From positions 37,990,264 to 38,054,263 of the forward strand of contig NC_068988.1 in NCBI RefSeq assembly GCF_001194135.2: a stretch of 64,000 nucleotides of DNA. The letters run 5' to 3'. The position numbers were made by a program, and so were the translations under genes. Of this stretch, positions 12,865-25,578 are shown piece by piece. The notes under the pieces are model-generated. The model saw only the letters and a program-made list of their open reading frames with translations, was not told where the DNA came from and ran no database searches. The stretch comes from Octopus bimaculoides (Eukaryota). Every line of letters begins with the position of its first letter. The first letter of the stretch is position 1.

Positions 12865-13178
12865 TTAACCCCTTTACCTTGCAAAGACGAGTTAACTTAT
12901 CGTCACCCAATTTGTCTTTTTCAGAATGCGACGAGTAAACTCATCCAAAACCTATAATTTCAAAAACAGCCACGGACGAGTTTATACATCAATTCTTGGT
13001 TTTTATTTTTGTTTTTTTATAAATTATGCTCAGATGTTGAGCTCAGAAGCTGACAATGAGTATAAACCTTCTATTAGAAGCTTGGATAGAACAGATGAGA
13101 GTGTAAGCTCGTCTGATAAAAAAATTCATCTGAAAATGAAATGTTTTCTCTAAAAAATATCACGGGAGAAGGGGTTAA
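12865..13178. mobile_element. TTAA-flanked piggyBac-like MITE (distinct ~306 bp family)
   Basis: TTAA|CCCCTTTACC ... GGGAGAAGGGG|TTAA. Confidence 0.7.
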
Positions 13179-13689
13179 GAAGATGAGTCAAGATTTCTCC
13201 AAAACTGACATGTCAAAGGAAAAGCGTATTGTCTAGAGCAGTGGTTCTCAACCATTTTTTGTCTATGGACCCCTTTGATTCCCATTTTACTCTACTGGAC
13301 CCCTATAGCCATTCAGTGTTCAAATAATCTCATCTCTCTCTCATCTAGGTCATCCCATAGGATGTCCCCTGTTCAAATAAAACCCTGTTATATTTTTATA
13401 ATTGCTTGTTGTTAGGAATTGTATAAAAAAACATCCTTGAAAAATTATGTGTTTTGTACAAGTATATAATATGTCATTCTCTATTTAAGATGGCAGTATG
13501 TGTTTTGAAATTTGGCTACTATTTCTAGCAGGGCAAGTGGCCTTTTTCACTGGCTTGCAAGGAGGGTTTATTGTAAAATATGGAGTTTCAGTTTCTCTTT
13601 GCAGTAGTTTAAAGAATTATTTGTCAGAAGCTGTCATATCCAGAAGGCTAAAGATAGTTTAATTTTCTTTTATTTATCTTACATACATT

Positions 13690-13930
13690 TTTGATCTCTT
13701 ACTTTTTAACATCCACTCCTCCTCCCCTTCTCCACTCCCCATCTCCTTTGCACCTCATCCTTCTCCCTTTCACCCCTCTCTCTCTTCCCACCTCATTCCC
13801 CTTGCCCTCTCTCTTACCACTTTCTCCCGCTCCCATCTTCTCTCTCCCTCTCTTTCTGCTGCCTCCAACCTCTTCTCCCCACCACTTCTCTCCTTTCTCC
13901 TCTTCTTCCTCTTCCTCTTCCTCTACTCTA
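13690..13930. repeat. Long polypyrimidine/polypurine low-complexity tract
   Basis: About 240 nt almost exclusively C/T on the + strand. Similar tracts at about 30060-30453 and 34850-35070. Confidence 0.8.
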
Positions 13931-14471
13931 GCATATGAGTATGAAGTATTGCAAATGATAGTTTTCAAATAACTGTTCCCATGCTTGTGCACACATACAC
14001 GCACACACACACACACACTCTAACGCACATACACACACATACTATTTTAATTTGTGCAGATACATAGGTACACACACACATTGGTGCGTGTTGACACAAA
14101 TTACATAGGTATACATACATTGCTATGTACAGTTAACGTCACAGACACATACATAAACACACACACATACACTCAGGCCACCACAACCATCATCAACAAC
14201 AATACCACCTCCACCTCCACCACTACCATCAAAGTTCTCAATGTACTGCATTGTAAATTACTATTTTTAAATCTCACAACCTGAGATATTCAGCAACAGT
14301 ACTTTGTAGTAAAGGTTGTTTGCCAACACAACATGGCAGTCCTGGTTTAGGACTAATGTTGCTGTAATTTAGTCCCAGGAGACATCGTCTCCAGCTGGCT
14401 ATACGACATGATCTGTGCCCTTATATGAAGGGAAATAACCCAGAAATCGCGATACACTGATATTGTTTTGA

Positions 14472-15295
14472 NNNNNNNNNNNNNNNNNNNNNNNNNNNNN
14501 NNNNNNNNNNNNNNNNNNNNNNNNNNNNNNNNNNNNNNNNNNNNNNNNNNNNNNNNNNNNNNNNNNNNNNNNNNNNNNNNNNNNNNNNNNNNNNNNNNNN
14601 NNNNNNNNNNNNNNNNNNNNNNNNNNNNNNNNNNNNNNNNNNNNNNNNNNNNNNNNNNNNNNNNNNNNNNNNNNNNNNNNNNNNNNNNNNNNNNNNNNNN
14701 NNNNNNNNNNNNNNNNNNNNNNNNNNNNNNNNNNNNNNNNNNNNNNNNNNNNNNNNNNNNNNNNNNNNNNNNNNNNNNNNNNNNNNNNNNNNNNNNNNNN
14801 NNNNNNNNNNNNNNNNNNNNNNNNNNNNNNNNNNNNNNNNNNNNNNNNNNNNNNNNNNNNNNNNNNNNNNNNNNNNNNNNNNNNNNNNNNNNNNNNNNNN
14901 NNNNNNNNNNNNNNNNNNNNNNNNNNNNNNNNNNNNNNNNNNNNNNNNNNNNNNNNNNNNNNNNNNNNNNNNNNNNNNNNNNNNNNNNNNNNNNNNNNNN
15001 NNNNNNNNNNNNNNNNNNNNNNNNNNNNNNNNNNNNNNNNNNNNNNNNNNNNNNNNNNNNNNNNNNNNNNNNNNNNNNNNNNNNNNNNNNNNNNNNNNNN
15101 NNNNNNNNNNNNNNNNNNNNNNNNNNNNNNNNNNNNNNNNNNNNNNNNNNNNNNNNNNNNNNNNNNNNNNNNNNNNNNNNNNNNNNNNNNNNNNNNNNNN
15201 NNNNNNNNNNNNNNNNNNNNNNNNNNNNNNNNNNNNNNNNNNNNNNNNNNNNNNNNNNNNNNNNNNNNNNNNNNNNNNNNNNNNNNNNNNNNNNN
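14472..15295. other. Assembly gap (N run)
   Basis: Other gaps: 16185-16356, 23747-23973, 24963-25016, 30454-30463, 33352-33361, 44913-45025, 50730-50806, 52460-52571 and 61754-62582. Most abut microsatellites or minisatellites. Confidence 1.
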
Positions 15296-15461
15296 TAAAA
15301 GGGTAATGCTTGCTGATCCCTTAATTATGTTTATAAATGTATGGGAACTTTTAAATAAGTTCTCCACCGATAATGGTGCTTACATACCGAAGGGCTTGGT
15401 AAAAATTATTAATTGTTGATTTATTAATAAATTGATAAATCTTTACCCTTTTAATTTGTAA

Positions 15462-15492
<31 letters not shown>

Positions 15493-16130
15493 GACGGACT
15501 TCTTTCGGTTTCCATCTCTACCAAATCCACTAACGAAACTTTGGTCAGCCTGACGCTAAAGTAGAAGACACTTACCCATGGTGCCATGCAATGGGACTGA
15601 ACATGAAACCATGTGGTTACCACACAGCCATTCTGTGAAGTAATTTATGCAGGGCTCTGTTGGTGCTAACCCAGCTAACCCAATTACTGGGGGGAGATTT
15701 ATTGAATGTTGTCTTTTAGCCCCATAACCATTCCATCTTTTAAGACATATGGCTACTTTATACAATGCATCCTTTCCCAAGGTGATAGGGTGTGGTTGGA
15801 GGGAAAGTTGGCTGCCATTTCTAGCAGGTTACATGAGGTTCTGGAGCAGGTGTAGGCAACCATTTTCAAGATGTGGGCCACATGCGACATGCCGAATCAT
15901 CAGGCTGGCCACACTACTGAAAAAAACTGAAGGTAACACATATGTATATCTATTTCAGTCATCAGAGTGTGGCCATACTGGGACACCACCTTGAAGAACT
16001 GTTAGTTGAATGAATTGATCCCAATACCTTTATTTTATATATTTTTTTAAAGCATAGTACTTATTCTATTGGTCTCTTTTGCCAAACTGCTATGTTACAG
16101 AAATGTAAACAAACCAACATCAGTGGTGGC

Positions 16131-16184
<54 letters not shown>

Positions 16185-16356
16185 NNNNNNNNNNNNNNNN
16201 NNNNNNNNNNNNNNNNNNNNNNNNNNNNNNNNNNNNNNNNNNNNNNNNNNNNNNNNNNNNNNNNNNNNNNNNNNNNNNNNNNNNNNNNNNNNNNNNNNNN
16301 NNNNNNNNNNNNNNNNNNNNNNNNNNNNNNNNNNNNNNNNNNNNNNNNNNNNNNNN

Positions 16357-16399
<43 letters not shown>

Positions 16400-16425
16400 T
16401 TACACACTCATACAGCCACAATGTA

Positions 16426-16456
<31 letters not shown>

Positions 16457-17110
16457 GTATATATATATATGCACACACATATAATGTATATATGTCTTAT
16501 TTCTATTTCAACTAAAAGAAACCAAGATATTTTTATGGTAATAAAAATGATGGTTGTTGTTGTTGTTGTTGTTTCAAAAATGTGTATTTTGTACATTTCT
16601 TGTTCTTATCAAAGTGGATAGTAATGCCAGTTTAAAACTGAATATTTTAATGTGGAAAATAATATATCTCTTATTTCCTTTCTGTAGATCTTTCAGTAAG
16701 CACTTGAGACAACTCTTTTACTGGAAATGGTTCCATATGTGTTGGAGATAGATGTTGTTAGCTACTCATTATGCCAAGTACCGTTGTCATTTACAACCAA
16801 ACTTAGCAGTAATTCTAACATTTAGAATTTAGAAAGTTTTAGTGCTGTTATTGTTTAGCCCAAAGTCAATCCTGATTGTGTGGACCTATGATCAAAGGAA
16901 TTTTAGCCAGAACTCTCCTGTCTTTTTCTTTTGGCAGGGGGTGGGGGATATTAAGGAATGCAGTAGCCAATGTGTCCTTAGAGTATGATTTGAAGGACAT
17001 CTGGTTGCTATTTCTTGCAAGATAGCTTTTCTTGTATTTAGAGACTCTCTCTTAGTGGTAGACATTTCTGATGAAGACAAATACCTGATTACTTAATTAA
17101 CTGTCTAGAA

Positions 17111-17650
17111 CAGTAGTCTCCAACCTTTTTCATACCACTGACTGGCTTCATGCTGGACAATCTTTTACAGACTGGTAGTGGCACACATGTGTAATTTAGG
17201 TGTATTTCAGTAAAGAGAGTGATAATAAAAAGAGCAATTTATTAAAGGGAAGAAAAAACGTATAATCTTTTCACTCTCATGTACTGAAATTCTTTAAAAT
17301 CTGAAGATAAATTAGGATTAGAAAATTAGTTGCAAATTATTGTAGATAAATTAAAATGTACATTAATTGTAAAATGTACTTACAGTTATGATAGATAGTA
17401 AAGGTAAATGTAAAATATACATTAAATATAAAAATCTACATTAATTATAAAATGTACTTACAGCTATGATAGATAGTCTTGAGTAGATGAATATTGAATA
17501 TTTAAACAAATCTTTTAAAATTAAAATTGAAGTCCAATATTCAATTTATCTATTATGTAATTTTAAACAAGTTAATTATTTTGTTGTGGTCTGGTAGCAA
17601 TTGATCCACGGACTGGTACCGGTCTGCAGCCTGGTGGTTGGGGACATCTG
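17111..17650. mobile_element. hAT-type MITE
   Basis: Perfect 8-bp TSD gtctagaa (17103-17110 and 17651-17658). Ends are CAGTAGTCTCCAACC and GGTTGGGGACATCTG. Confidence 0.85.
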
Positions 17651-17931
17651 GTCTAGAAGACAGTACTATTTTTTTAACAGGCAAAATTATATTCTGTACT
17701 TTCTGACATACAAGCTGATGTAGTGTGTAGTGTGTGCATGTTGTGTAAACATTCAAACATCATCATTATCTTTTCAAATTCTACTGTATTTCACATGGAA
17801 TTTTCGATCCTTGTTGTTGACTTGCTGTAAAAGCTGGGCTACCTATTTTTTTGCTGTAAATTTTGGTTTGAAAAATTTAACTTATACGCCAGAAAATATG
17901 GCATTATATGTGTGTATGTATGTGTGTGTGT

Positions 17932-17973
<42 letters not shown>

Positions 17974-18296
17974 ATGCATGCTTTACTTTCCTGATTAACA
18001 AAATTCATTGCCTAATATTTTCAGTTAATTTTGAAAATATCAAGAATCTGTAGGGATTTAGTAAAATATCTCATTTTTTCCCCTATTTATTGGCATATTA
18101 ATCATACCCTGGTAAATTTTTCGGTTTTTTTCCCCTTCTTCTAAACTCAGTAACATAAGTATCAGCTAAAATAGGAATGTTGATATAATCAACTAAACTC
18201 TTGCATGTAGTGACCCAGCATGTGTCTCTATATTAAGCTGATGTTTGAAACATGAAAATATTATGATAGGATGGCCATGTTTCAAATGAGAACACT

Positions 18297-18527
18297 TTAA
18301 CCCTTTCGCATTCAGATTATTCTATCAAGTGTAATGTTTATTTATTCATATTATTTTGAATTGATCTCACATTATTTTGTAACTTCGAGATATCGATGAT
18401 GTGGTTGTCTATTATTTTAAAAATGACATTGCAAGGTAGGTGTGAGAGGCTAGATCTGGCCAGTTTGAACATAAAGCAGACAGAATATTTTGGCTGGATA
18501 TGGTGGGTTTAAATACTAAAGGGTTAA
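18297..18527 (-). mobile_element. TTAA-flanked piggyBac-like MITE (~230 bp family)
   Basis: TTAA|CCCTTT(C/A)GCATT...ACTAAAGGG|TTAA. Copies at 3993-4223, 21292-21521, 22056-22224, 32399-32625, 47597-47823, 47826-48053, 49618-49845, 57848-58048 and 58045-58178. Confidence 0.85.
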
Positions 18528-20203
18528 AACACAGATTTGTTTTTTGTTTTTTTTTAAGAACCCCAAAAGTAGTCTCAGACAAGTTGGTATCAAGTAGATT
18601 AACATAGTATTGAATAATAAACCATTTAAGGTTCTTGATTGGCACTAGCTGTTGTAAATCTATAAAATGCTCTTGAGCAGTTTGAGAAAATTTTATAGTC
18701 ACATGTACAGTCTGGTCTGAAAGTCTCTGATCCTGTTTACTAAGAGTCACTTGGGTAAAGTTTGGACAGTGAACACTTAGAGAACTAGCTGAAATGCTAG
18801 AATACTAGACAAAATACCTTCTGTATTTAGGTGTGATCCTTTGCATTTCAAGTTCAAATTACACTGATATAAACTTTGCCTGTCAGCCTTCTTGGGTCAA
18901 TAAAATAAAGTACCACTTAAATATTGGGATCACTATAATCAACTGTCTTGAAATTTGAGGCCTTGTGTCTTTGTTAGCTATCAATATTTATTTTTGCGTT
19001 TCCCCTACAGCTGTTACAAATGTTAGCTAAGTGATAAAGCTTTAGTTGTTTAAGCTGCAGGGTAGATGTGATTTTGTAGATTTTGCTACGTATGTAGCAC
19101 TGTGTTATTTAATGTGCCTGTCTCTTCAGAATGGTTGGATGCGATTGGTGGTGGGATGTGGTTTGTTTTTAGCAATTTGAAAGACCACATAAAATATCCA
19201 GATTGGTTGTGATTGGAAAATGATTTTGTTTTCTTAGTTCCAGCGATGATGTTTTACCTTTGATCATTTTTTTTTTTCCAATCTAACACATCTAGAATTA
19301 CATTAATCCTAAGTATTTTTATTTTAAGACTGTTGGGTTTAATTTCAGTGAAATTTGGCTGTTATTTCTCCAGTTTTGAGTATCCACATAGTCTCTTCCA
19401 TTGGCTCATTCCTAGATGGTGTTAACTGTGTGTGAACATTTTTTGTCTATGCATACACACTGGTATTTTATAAATGTGGATGTGTGTGTGTCTGTCACCA
19501 GGGTTTCCGACAACATTTTTGTGATGTCTACATCATCATCATCGTCTTAATGTCCATTTTTCCATTACTTGCATATCTCTTAATTTTTAATTGGATATTT
19601 GAATCTATAAAATGAGAGGCAGGCTTACTTTCTCTCTCCCTGTCTCTCTAGTTTTTTTTCTTCTTCTCTTTTTAACTTATGCTTAAATACCAAACTTGAC
19701 TATCTGAAAGTTCAAGTTAAATATTGCTGTCCTCAGATATACTGGTTAGCATTGCTGACCTAATTTGCAAGCAAGTTGATAATATCAACTACACATCATT
19801 TCTGATGCATCATTTTAACTCTCTATTATGACCTTATGTCTCATTTTGTATTCAAATTCTGCTGTGGTTGACTTTGCCTTGCATCCTTTTGGGGCAATGA
19901 AATAAGTATTTATTGAGTACTGGGGTCGATGTAATTGCCTAAACCCCATCTCCTCCAAAACTTCATTCCTTGTGCCTATATTAGAAAGGATTATTATTCC
20001 ACCCCAGTCTTACTTGATAGTGCAATGAAAACACACATTATAAATAAGGTCTCTGAGCTTGGCTACATCCAAAGTTTCATTTTGGTTTTGTATTTTCTTT
20101 TGTATTAGCAGCACTCTGAGTAAAAGATATATAGTACCTAGCAGTGTTGCTTTCTATATGTTGTGCACATTGTGCATTTTCTGGCTTACATGTCAATGTA
20201 AAC

Positions 20204-20536
20204 CAGAGGTCCTCAACCATCTTTTGCCTATGGACCCCTTTGACTATCATTTAATCTGGTATGCCCCCATAGACATTCAATGTTTATGAACTAGTTTAAT
20301 AGAAACTTCTATCAAAATTCCTATTTTGTTTTTCACACGTTATCTATGTAAAATGTTAGAGAAAGAAGCCTTGCTGCTTCTTGCAATACATACCAATACA
20401 CACACCTAAAACAAAATTTTGTCAAGGACTCTTAAAATACTATTGTGGATCCACAATTTACTATTTTGCAGTGTCAACCCCCAAGCATCTTACATGGGCC
20501 CTCAGGGGTCATATGGACCCCAACTGAGAACCACTG
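20204..20536. mobile_element. hAT-type MITE nested in a pogo-like MITE
   Basis: Ends CAGAGGTCCTCAAC and CTGAGAACCACTG; TSD atgtaaac/gtgtaaac. The left end is similar to the truncated copy starting at 13239. Confidence 0.8.
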
Positions 20537-22996
20537 GTGTAAACATTCAAACGTTGTCATTATCTTTCCAAATCCTGCTGCATTTTACATGGAAGTTGTC
20601 TTGGTGTATAAGATCTTTTTGGCTGTAAATTTTGGTCTGAAAAATTCACCTTATGTGCTGGAAAATACAGAATTTGTAAGCCTTCAGGTGTTGGTTATGT
20701 ATTTGTGTGCTTTTATTCTATCAGTCTCTTTTGTTGAACTGCTATGATACAGGGATGTAAACAAACCAGCACTGGTTTGCAAGTGGTGGTGGTGGTGGTG
20801 TGTGTGAAAAACAATCACACATGCATACAATAAGCTTTTTTTCCAATTTTTGTCTACCAAATCTACTCACAAGGTTTTGGTCATCCTGGGGTTGTAGCAA
20901 AAGATAGTTGCCTAGGTGCCACACAGTGGAACTAAACCCAAAATCACGTGGTTGGGAAACAGACTTCTTACCACACGGCCATGACTGCACCTACAGAAAA
21001 AAAACATCCCAGCTGTCAGGAGTGGGATGTCTCATTAATGTCTCCGTTTCTTTAAGTGTGATGCATTATCATTGGTTAAGACTGATAATTTGATTAGGAG
21101 GCATTTCCTATCCTGGGTGTCCTTGACAATGATATCCAGTCAATTAATCTTGATGTCTCTGTTTAAATTTCAGTATATGAAAGACCCAATTCTATCATGT
21201 CTGTACATGTATTTTCTCTTGGTTGAAACTGATTGATCAGAGACTGTGTGGTTAATTGTTTGTTCCTAATCTCTACATGTTCTGCTGTTATTTAACCCTT
21301 TAGCATTTCTATTATTCCGTCTAATGTTATGCTTATTTATTCACATGTTTTTTCATTTAATCTTGCATTGTCTTGTAGCTTTGTGATTTTGATGAGGTAA
21401 CTGTTAATTTTTAGAAGGATATTGTTGGGATGGTGTGAGAGGCTAGATCTGGCTAGTTTGAATATAAAACAGGTAGAATTTTTCAGCTGGATATGGCCCT
21501 GTTTAAACACTAAAAAGCTAACGTATTCCCCTTATTTCATCCCTTCAGTGGTTCTAGTGGGAAAGCTATGATTTTATGCCACAATCACAATCGAAAATCC
21601 TTCTATCTCAGCTTCGAATCCTATGCTTCTTGGCCAGTGTTTGGGTTTTTCTTTTATGTATTCCCATTCTTTGACATGCTAGCTTCCACACACCACTGTG
21701 CTGTGTGGGGACTGGCATGTCAAAGAATGTGCTGTGTGGGCACTAGCATGTCGAGGAATAGACTCGATGTTTCCTCTGTGTGTTGTAAAAGGCCGCTAAA
21801 AACAGTTGAAGTAGGCTTTACACTCTGGTCTTGTGAAATCCTCAGCAGACCCATCAATTGGAGGGTTGTCACCAGAGTAGTGCAAAAGTGTCATCCCCCA
21901 GGAGCTGGGAATTGCCAACAAAATGGTGGATGCAGATATGCACTGTTACAACACTTGCCCCCATACTACTACTACTACTACTACTCCCATTGCTTTGAGT
22001 GAGTTAGGTTGCTATCTTTAGCAAGTCAAGTGATTCTTTTTTGTTTTTTTGTTTTTGTTCAAACTGGCCAGGTCCAGCCTCTTACATCTACCCTATAGTG
22101 TCATTCTAAAAATAAGCAATATCATTGAAATCTCAAAGCTGTGAGATAATCCACAATTAATTCAAAGCAATATGACTAAATAAGCTTTCCATTTGAGAGA
22201 ATGATCTGAGTGCAAAAGGGTTAAGAGCCTCTTCCTCCTACATGGAATGTATGCTGTGTCTATGCAGAGTTATTTTTGAGGATTGATGTTATGGGAATTT
22301 TGTGAGCCTTGGGGTTATAGTTCTTACAGGTTATCTCCCTATGTGATGCACAACCACATCAAAGCAGACATTAGAACTTGGTGCCATCTTCTGACTTGCT
22401 GTTTCCTATCAAACCATCCAACCTATGCCAGAATGATGGTGATGATGATATTTTTATTTCTGATTCTTCATATCTTGTTTATTTCTATTAAAACATTGGT
22501 ATTCTTTGAAATATAGTTTTAATAGCATTGTCTTGTGTGTATTTTTATAGTTAGATGTCATTGCTGATAGCAATTTGTTCACCCTAAAATAAGAGACCTT
22601 ATTCAGTGTTAGAGCAAACTGGAGGTTTTAAAGGAAGTAATGTGCCTTACTTAGAACATAAAATTCTGCAAAGCACAGTCTAACATTTAGGTGTCAGAAC
22701 TTTAATTTTGAGTTTTGGGTGAAAATTATTCACTGATCTAGCAATTCAAATTAATGACATCAAAAAAATTTCCCAGGGACGCCTTCTGCATAAAGAATAT
22801 GCAGTTAAATGCAGGCTAGCATGCTTAAGTTTGTGTGTTGATCTATTGCTCTCCTAATATAGTGAGTTTGACTGTGTGCGTATACATGCGTAGACCAACT
22901 GATATGTATATATATTTGCTAGTCCACTAGTATGTAAAAATTTGTGTGTGCATATGTGTATCACTCTTCTGATATAGAGTTTGACATGCATGTTTG

Positions 22997-23049
<53 letters not shown>

Positions 23050-23084
23050 TTCATTGGTTAATCAAACTATGTGGTATATATATA

Positions 23085-23746
23085 CATGGATATGTGGCAA
23101 GAATGGATGAGGATAGCTGTGTGAACAAGTGCCACACCCTAGCAGTTGAGGGAACCTGTGAAAGCAGTTGACCCAGGAAGACCTGGGATGAGGTGGTGAA
23201 GCATGACCTTCGAACTTTAGGCCTCACCGAGGCAATGACCAGTGACTGAGACCTTTGGAAATATACAGTACGTGAGAAGACTCGGCAAGGCAAGTGAGAG
23301 CGTAATCTGTGACCTCTACCAGAAGTGTAGCCAGCTCACTAATTCACATCTTTACTTCATTGGACACTAAAAACCCTGCTTGCGAAGACCTGTTGAGGCA
23401 AGTAAATTTGAAATCGAATCGAACCAAATCTGACGACTGGCACCCATGCCAACCTCTACTTCATTGGACACTAAACTCTGCTTGCGAAGACCTGTTGGGG
23501 CAAGTGAAATCAAAATCGTAATTGAACCATACTCGATGACTGGCACCTGCACCAGTGGAGCACTAACAGCACTGTCCGAACATGTTCATTGCCAGAGCAG
23601 CTGTCTGACTTCCGTGCTAGTGGCCCGTAAATAGCACCATTTGAGCGTAATCATTACCAGCGTTGCCTTCTAGCACTTGTGCTGGTGGCACGTTAGAAAA
23701 TCATTCGAGCGAGGTCATTGCCAGTGCTGCTGGACTGGCTCTTGTG
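23085..23746 (+). mobile_element. 5'-truncated RTE-clade LINE (ORF2 C-terminus plus 3' UTR)
   Basis: 23085-23297 reads HGYVARMDEDSCVNKCHTLAVEGTCESS*PRKTWDEVVKHDLRTLGLTEAMTSD*DLWKYTVREKTRQGK*. This is the RTE GHVxRM...RGRPRKTW motif with two in-frame stops. Confidence 0.85.
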
Positions 23747-24162
23747 NNNNNNNNNNNNNNNNNNNNNNNNNNNNNNNNNNNNNNNNNNNNNNNNNNNNNN
23801 NNNNNNNNNNNNNNNNNNNNNNNNNNNNNNNNNNNNNNNNNNNNNNNNNNNNNNNNNNNNNNNNNNNNNNNNNNNNNNNNNNNNNNNNNNNNNNNNNNNN
23901 NNNNNNNNNNNNNNNNNNNNNNNNNNNNNNNNNNNNNNNNNNNNNNNNNNNNNNNNNNNNNNNNNNNNNNNNNTATATATTAGTCAGAAGCAATGAAGAT
24001 ATCAATAATTAGTTTATTTATATACAGATATAAAAAGTCTCTGAATTTTCCCAAGGAAATAAAATGAAACATTGCTTCACTTTTTATGTCATTATAATCT
24101 ATATGTCTAGTACTTGAGAATCAATCTCTGTCTCTGCCATATGTATATATGTTGTGTAAATG

Positions 24163-24197
<35 letters not shown>

Positions 24198-24340
24198 AGT
24201 TATGTGTTTGTGTGTGCGTGTGTATATATGTTGTATGTGTGTGTGTGATATTTGTGTAGAAGTAATCATTGCCTTATCTAATAACTTCCACATCATAAAC
24301 ACTTGTATCTATGGAAGTTTTGAGGGTTTTTCATCTTTTA

Positions 24341-24413
<73 letters not shown>

Positions 24414-24806
24414 TTCTTCCATTCCATTTAATCTTCTGGACTATATGGTCAGTAATTCTGAATTTCCAATTCAACAATGATTCCAGTTACTATTGCTTAA
24501 CCCCCTCCCCTCATCCCACTTGCAAAGCAATAACTAACAGCCTTCAGTCCAGTTTGTTATTCATGAACCATATTATTGGTTCATGTCTTCTATAGTAATT
24601 CCATGCATCTTAATAATTCCATGCACATCTTATGATGTTTTAAATCACGTCCAGTACTTAATTTCTCCTTTCTTTCATGAGACCTAAAAGGATGAAAGGC
24701 ACACAGATGACCTTGGCAAAATTTGAACTCAAAATGTAAAGGGATATAGCTAAGTGCTCTAACTCCACTGAATGTATCAGGTGCTCTTAGTGTGTCACTG
24801 ACATGG

Positions 24807-25047
24807 ATGCCTCTAACGTGTCGCTGGCACAGATGCCTCTGATGTGTTGCCGGCACAGGTGCCTCTAACATGTTGCCAGCATGGGTGCCTCCAGCATGTC
24901 ATTGGCACGGGTCCCGCCAACATGTCGTTGGCATGGGTGCCTCTAACGTGTCGCCGGCACGGNNNNNNNNNNNNNNNNNNNNNNNNNNNNNNNNNNNNNN
25001 NNNNNNNNNNNNNNNNCCCCTGGATACATCCAACATGTCACTAGCAC
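24807..25047. repeat. 26-bp minisatellite (GTGCCTCTAACGTGTCGCCGGCACGG-like) spanning a gap
   Basis: Six diverged units before the gap at 24963-25016. Confidence 0.85.
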
Positions 25048-25229
25048 TGGCCACAACTATGGTTTCACTAAGCTTGACACGTCTTCTCAAGCATGGCAAA
25101 TTACCAACAGTTTTGGTCACTTGTCATCGCCTCCATGAGACTCAATATCTGAAGATCATATTGCACCACCTCATCCCATGTCTGCAGGTGGTGTTACGCT
25201 GTGCATGTATGTATACGCACACACACACG

Positions 25230-25492
25230 GGATATGGCACTTTGGTCTAAAACACTTTGTTCTAAGCCACTTTAGTCTATGACACTTTGGTCTAAAAGCA
25301 TTTTCGTCTAAAGACAAAAAGGATTATTAGAGTATAGTTATTTAGATCTTTTACATTTTTTTTTTTTTTTAGATTCTATAGACAAAATAGTTATTAGACC
25401 AAAGGGAGTTTAAACAAAAATGTCTTTATACTAAAGGGCATTTAGACAAAAATGACTTTAGACTGAAGAGTTTTGGATAAATAATCCTAGAT
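25230..25492. mobile_element. Foldback-like element with 15-16-bp internal subrepeats in inverted orientation
   Basis: The left arm repeats cactttggtctaaa-like units and the right arm repeats ttagaccaaag/ttagacaaaaatg-like units. Confidence 0.55.
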
Positions 25493-25493
25493 T

Positions 25494-25578
25494 AAAAAGC
25501 ACTGGTGATGGTGCCCTGTAAAAAGCACTGATGATGGTGCCATGTAAAAAGCAGTGGTGCTGGTGCCATGTGAAAAGC
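25494..25578. repeat. 26-bp tandem repeat, 3 copies (AAAAAGCACTGGTGATGGTGCCATGT)
   Basis: Units start at 25494, 25520 and 25546. Confidence 0.8.

Noticed and set aside
12926-13153. 75-aa ORF with an upstream acceptor-like tttttcag
   Set aside because: It lies wholly within a TTAA-flanked MITE and has no transposase or other motif.
14399-15367. Long ORFs of 276-335 aa (also at 61601-62608, 23663-24012 and 16069-16515)
   Set aside because: They are made of X residues from assembly gaps.
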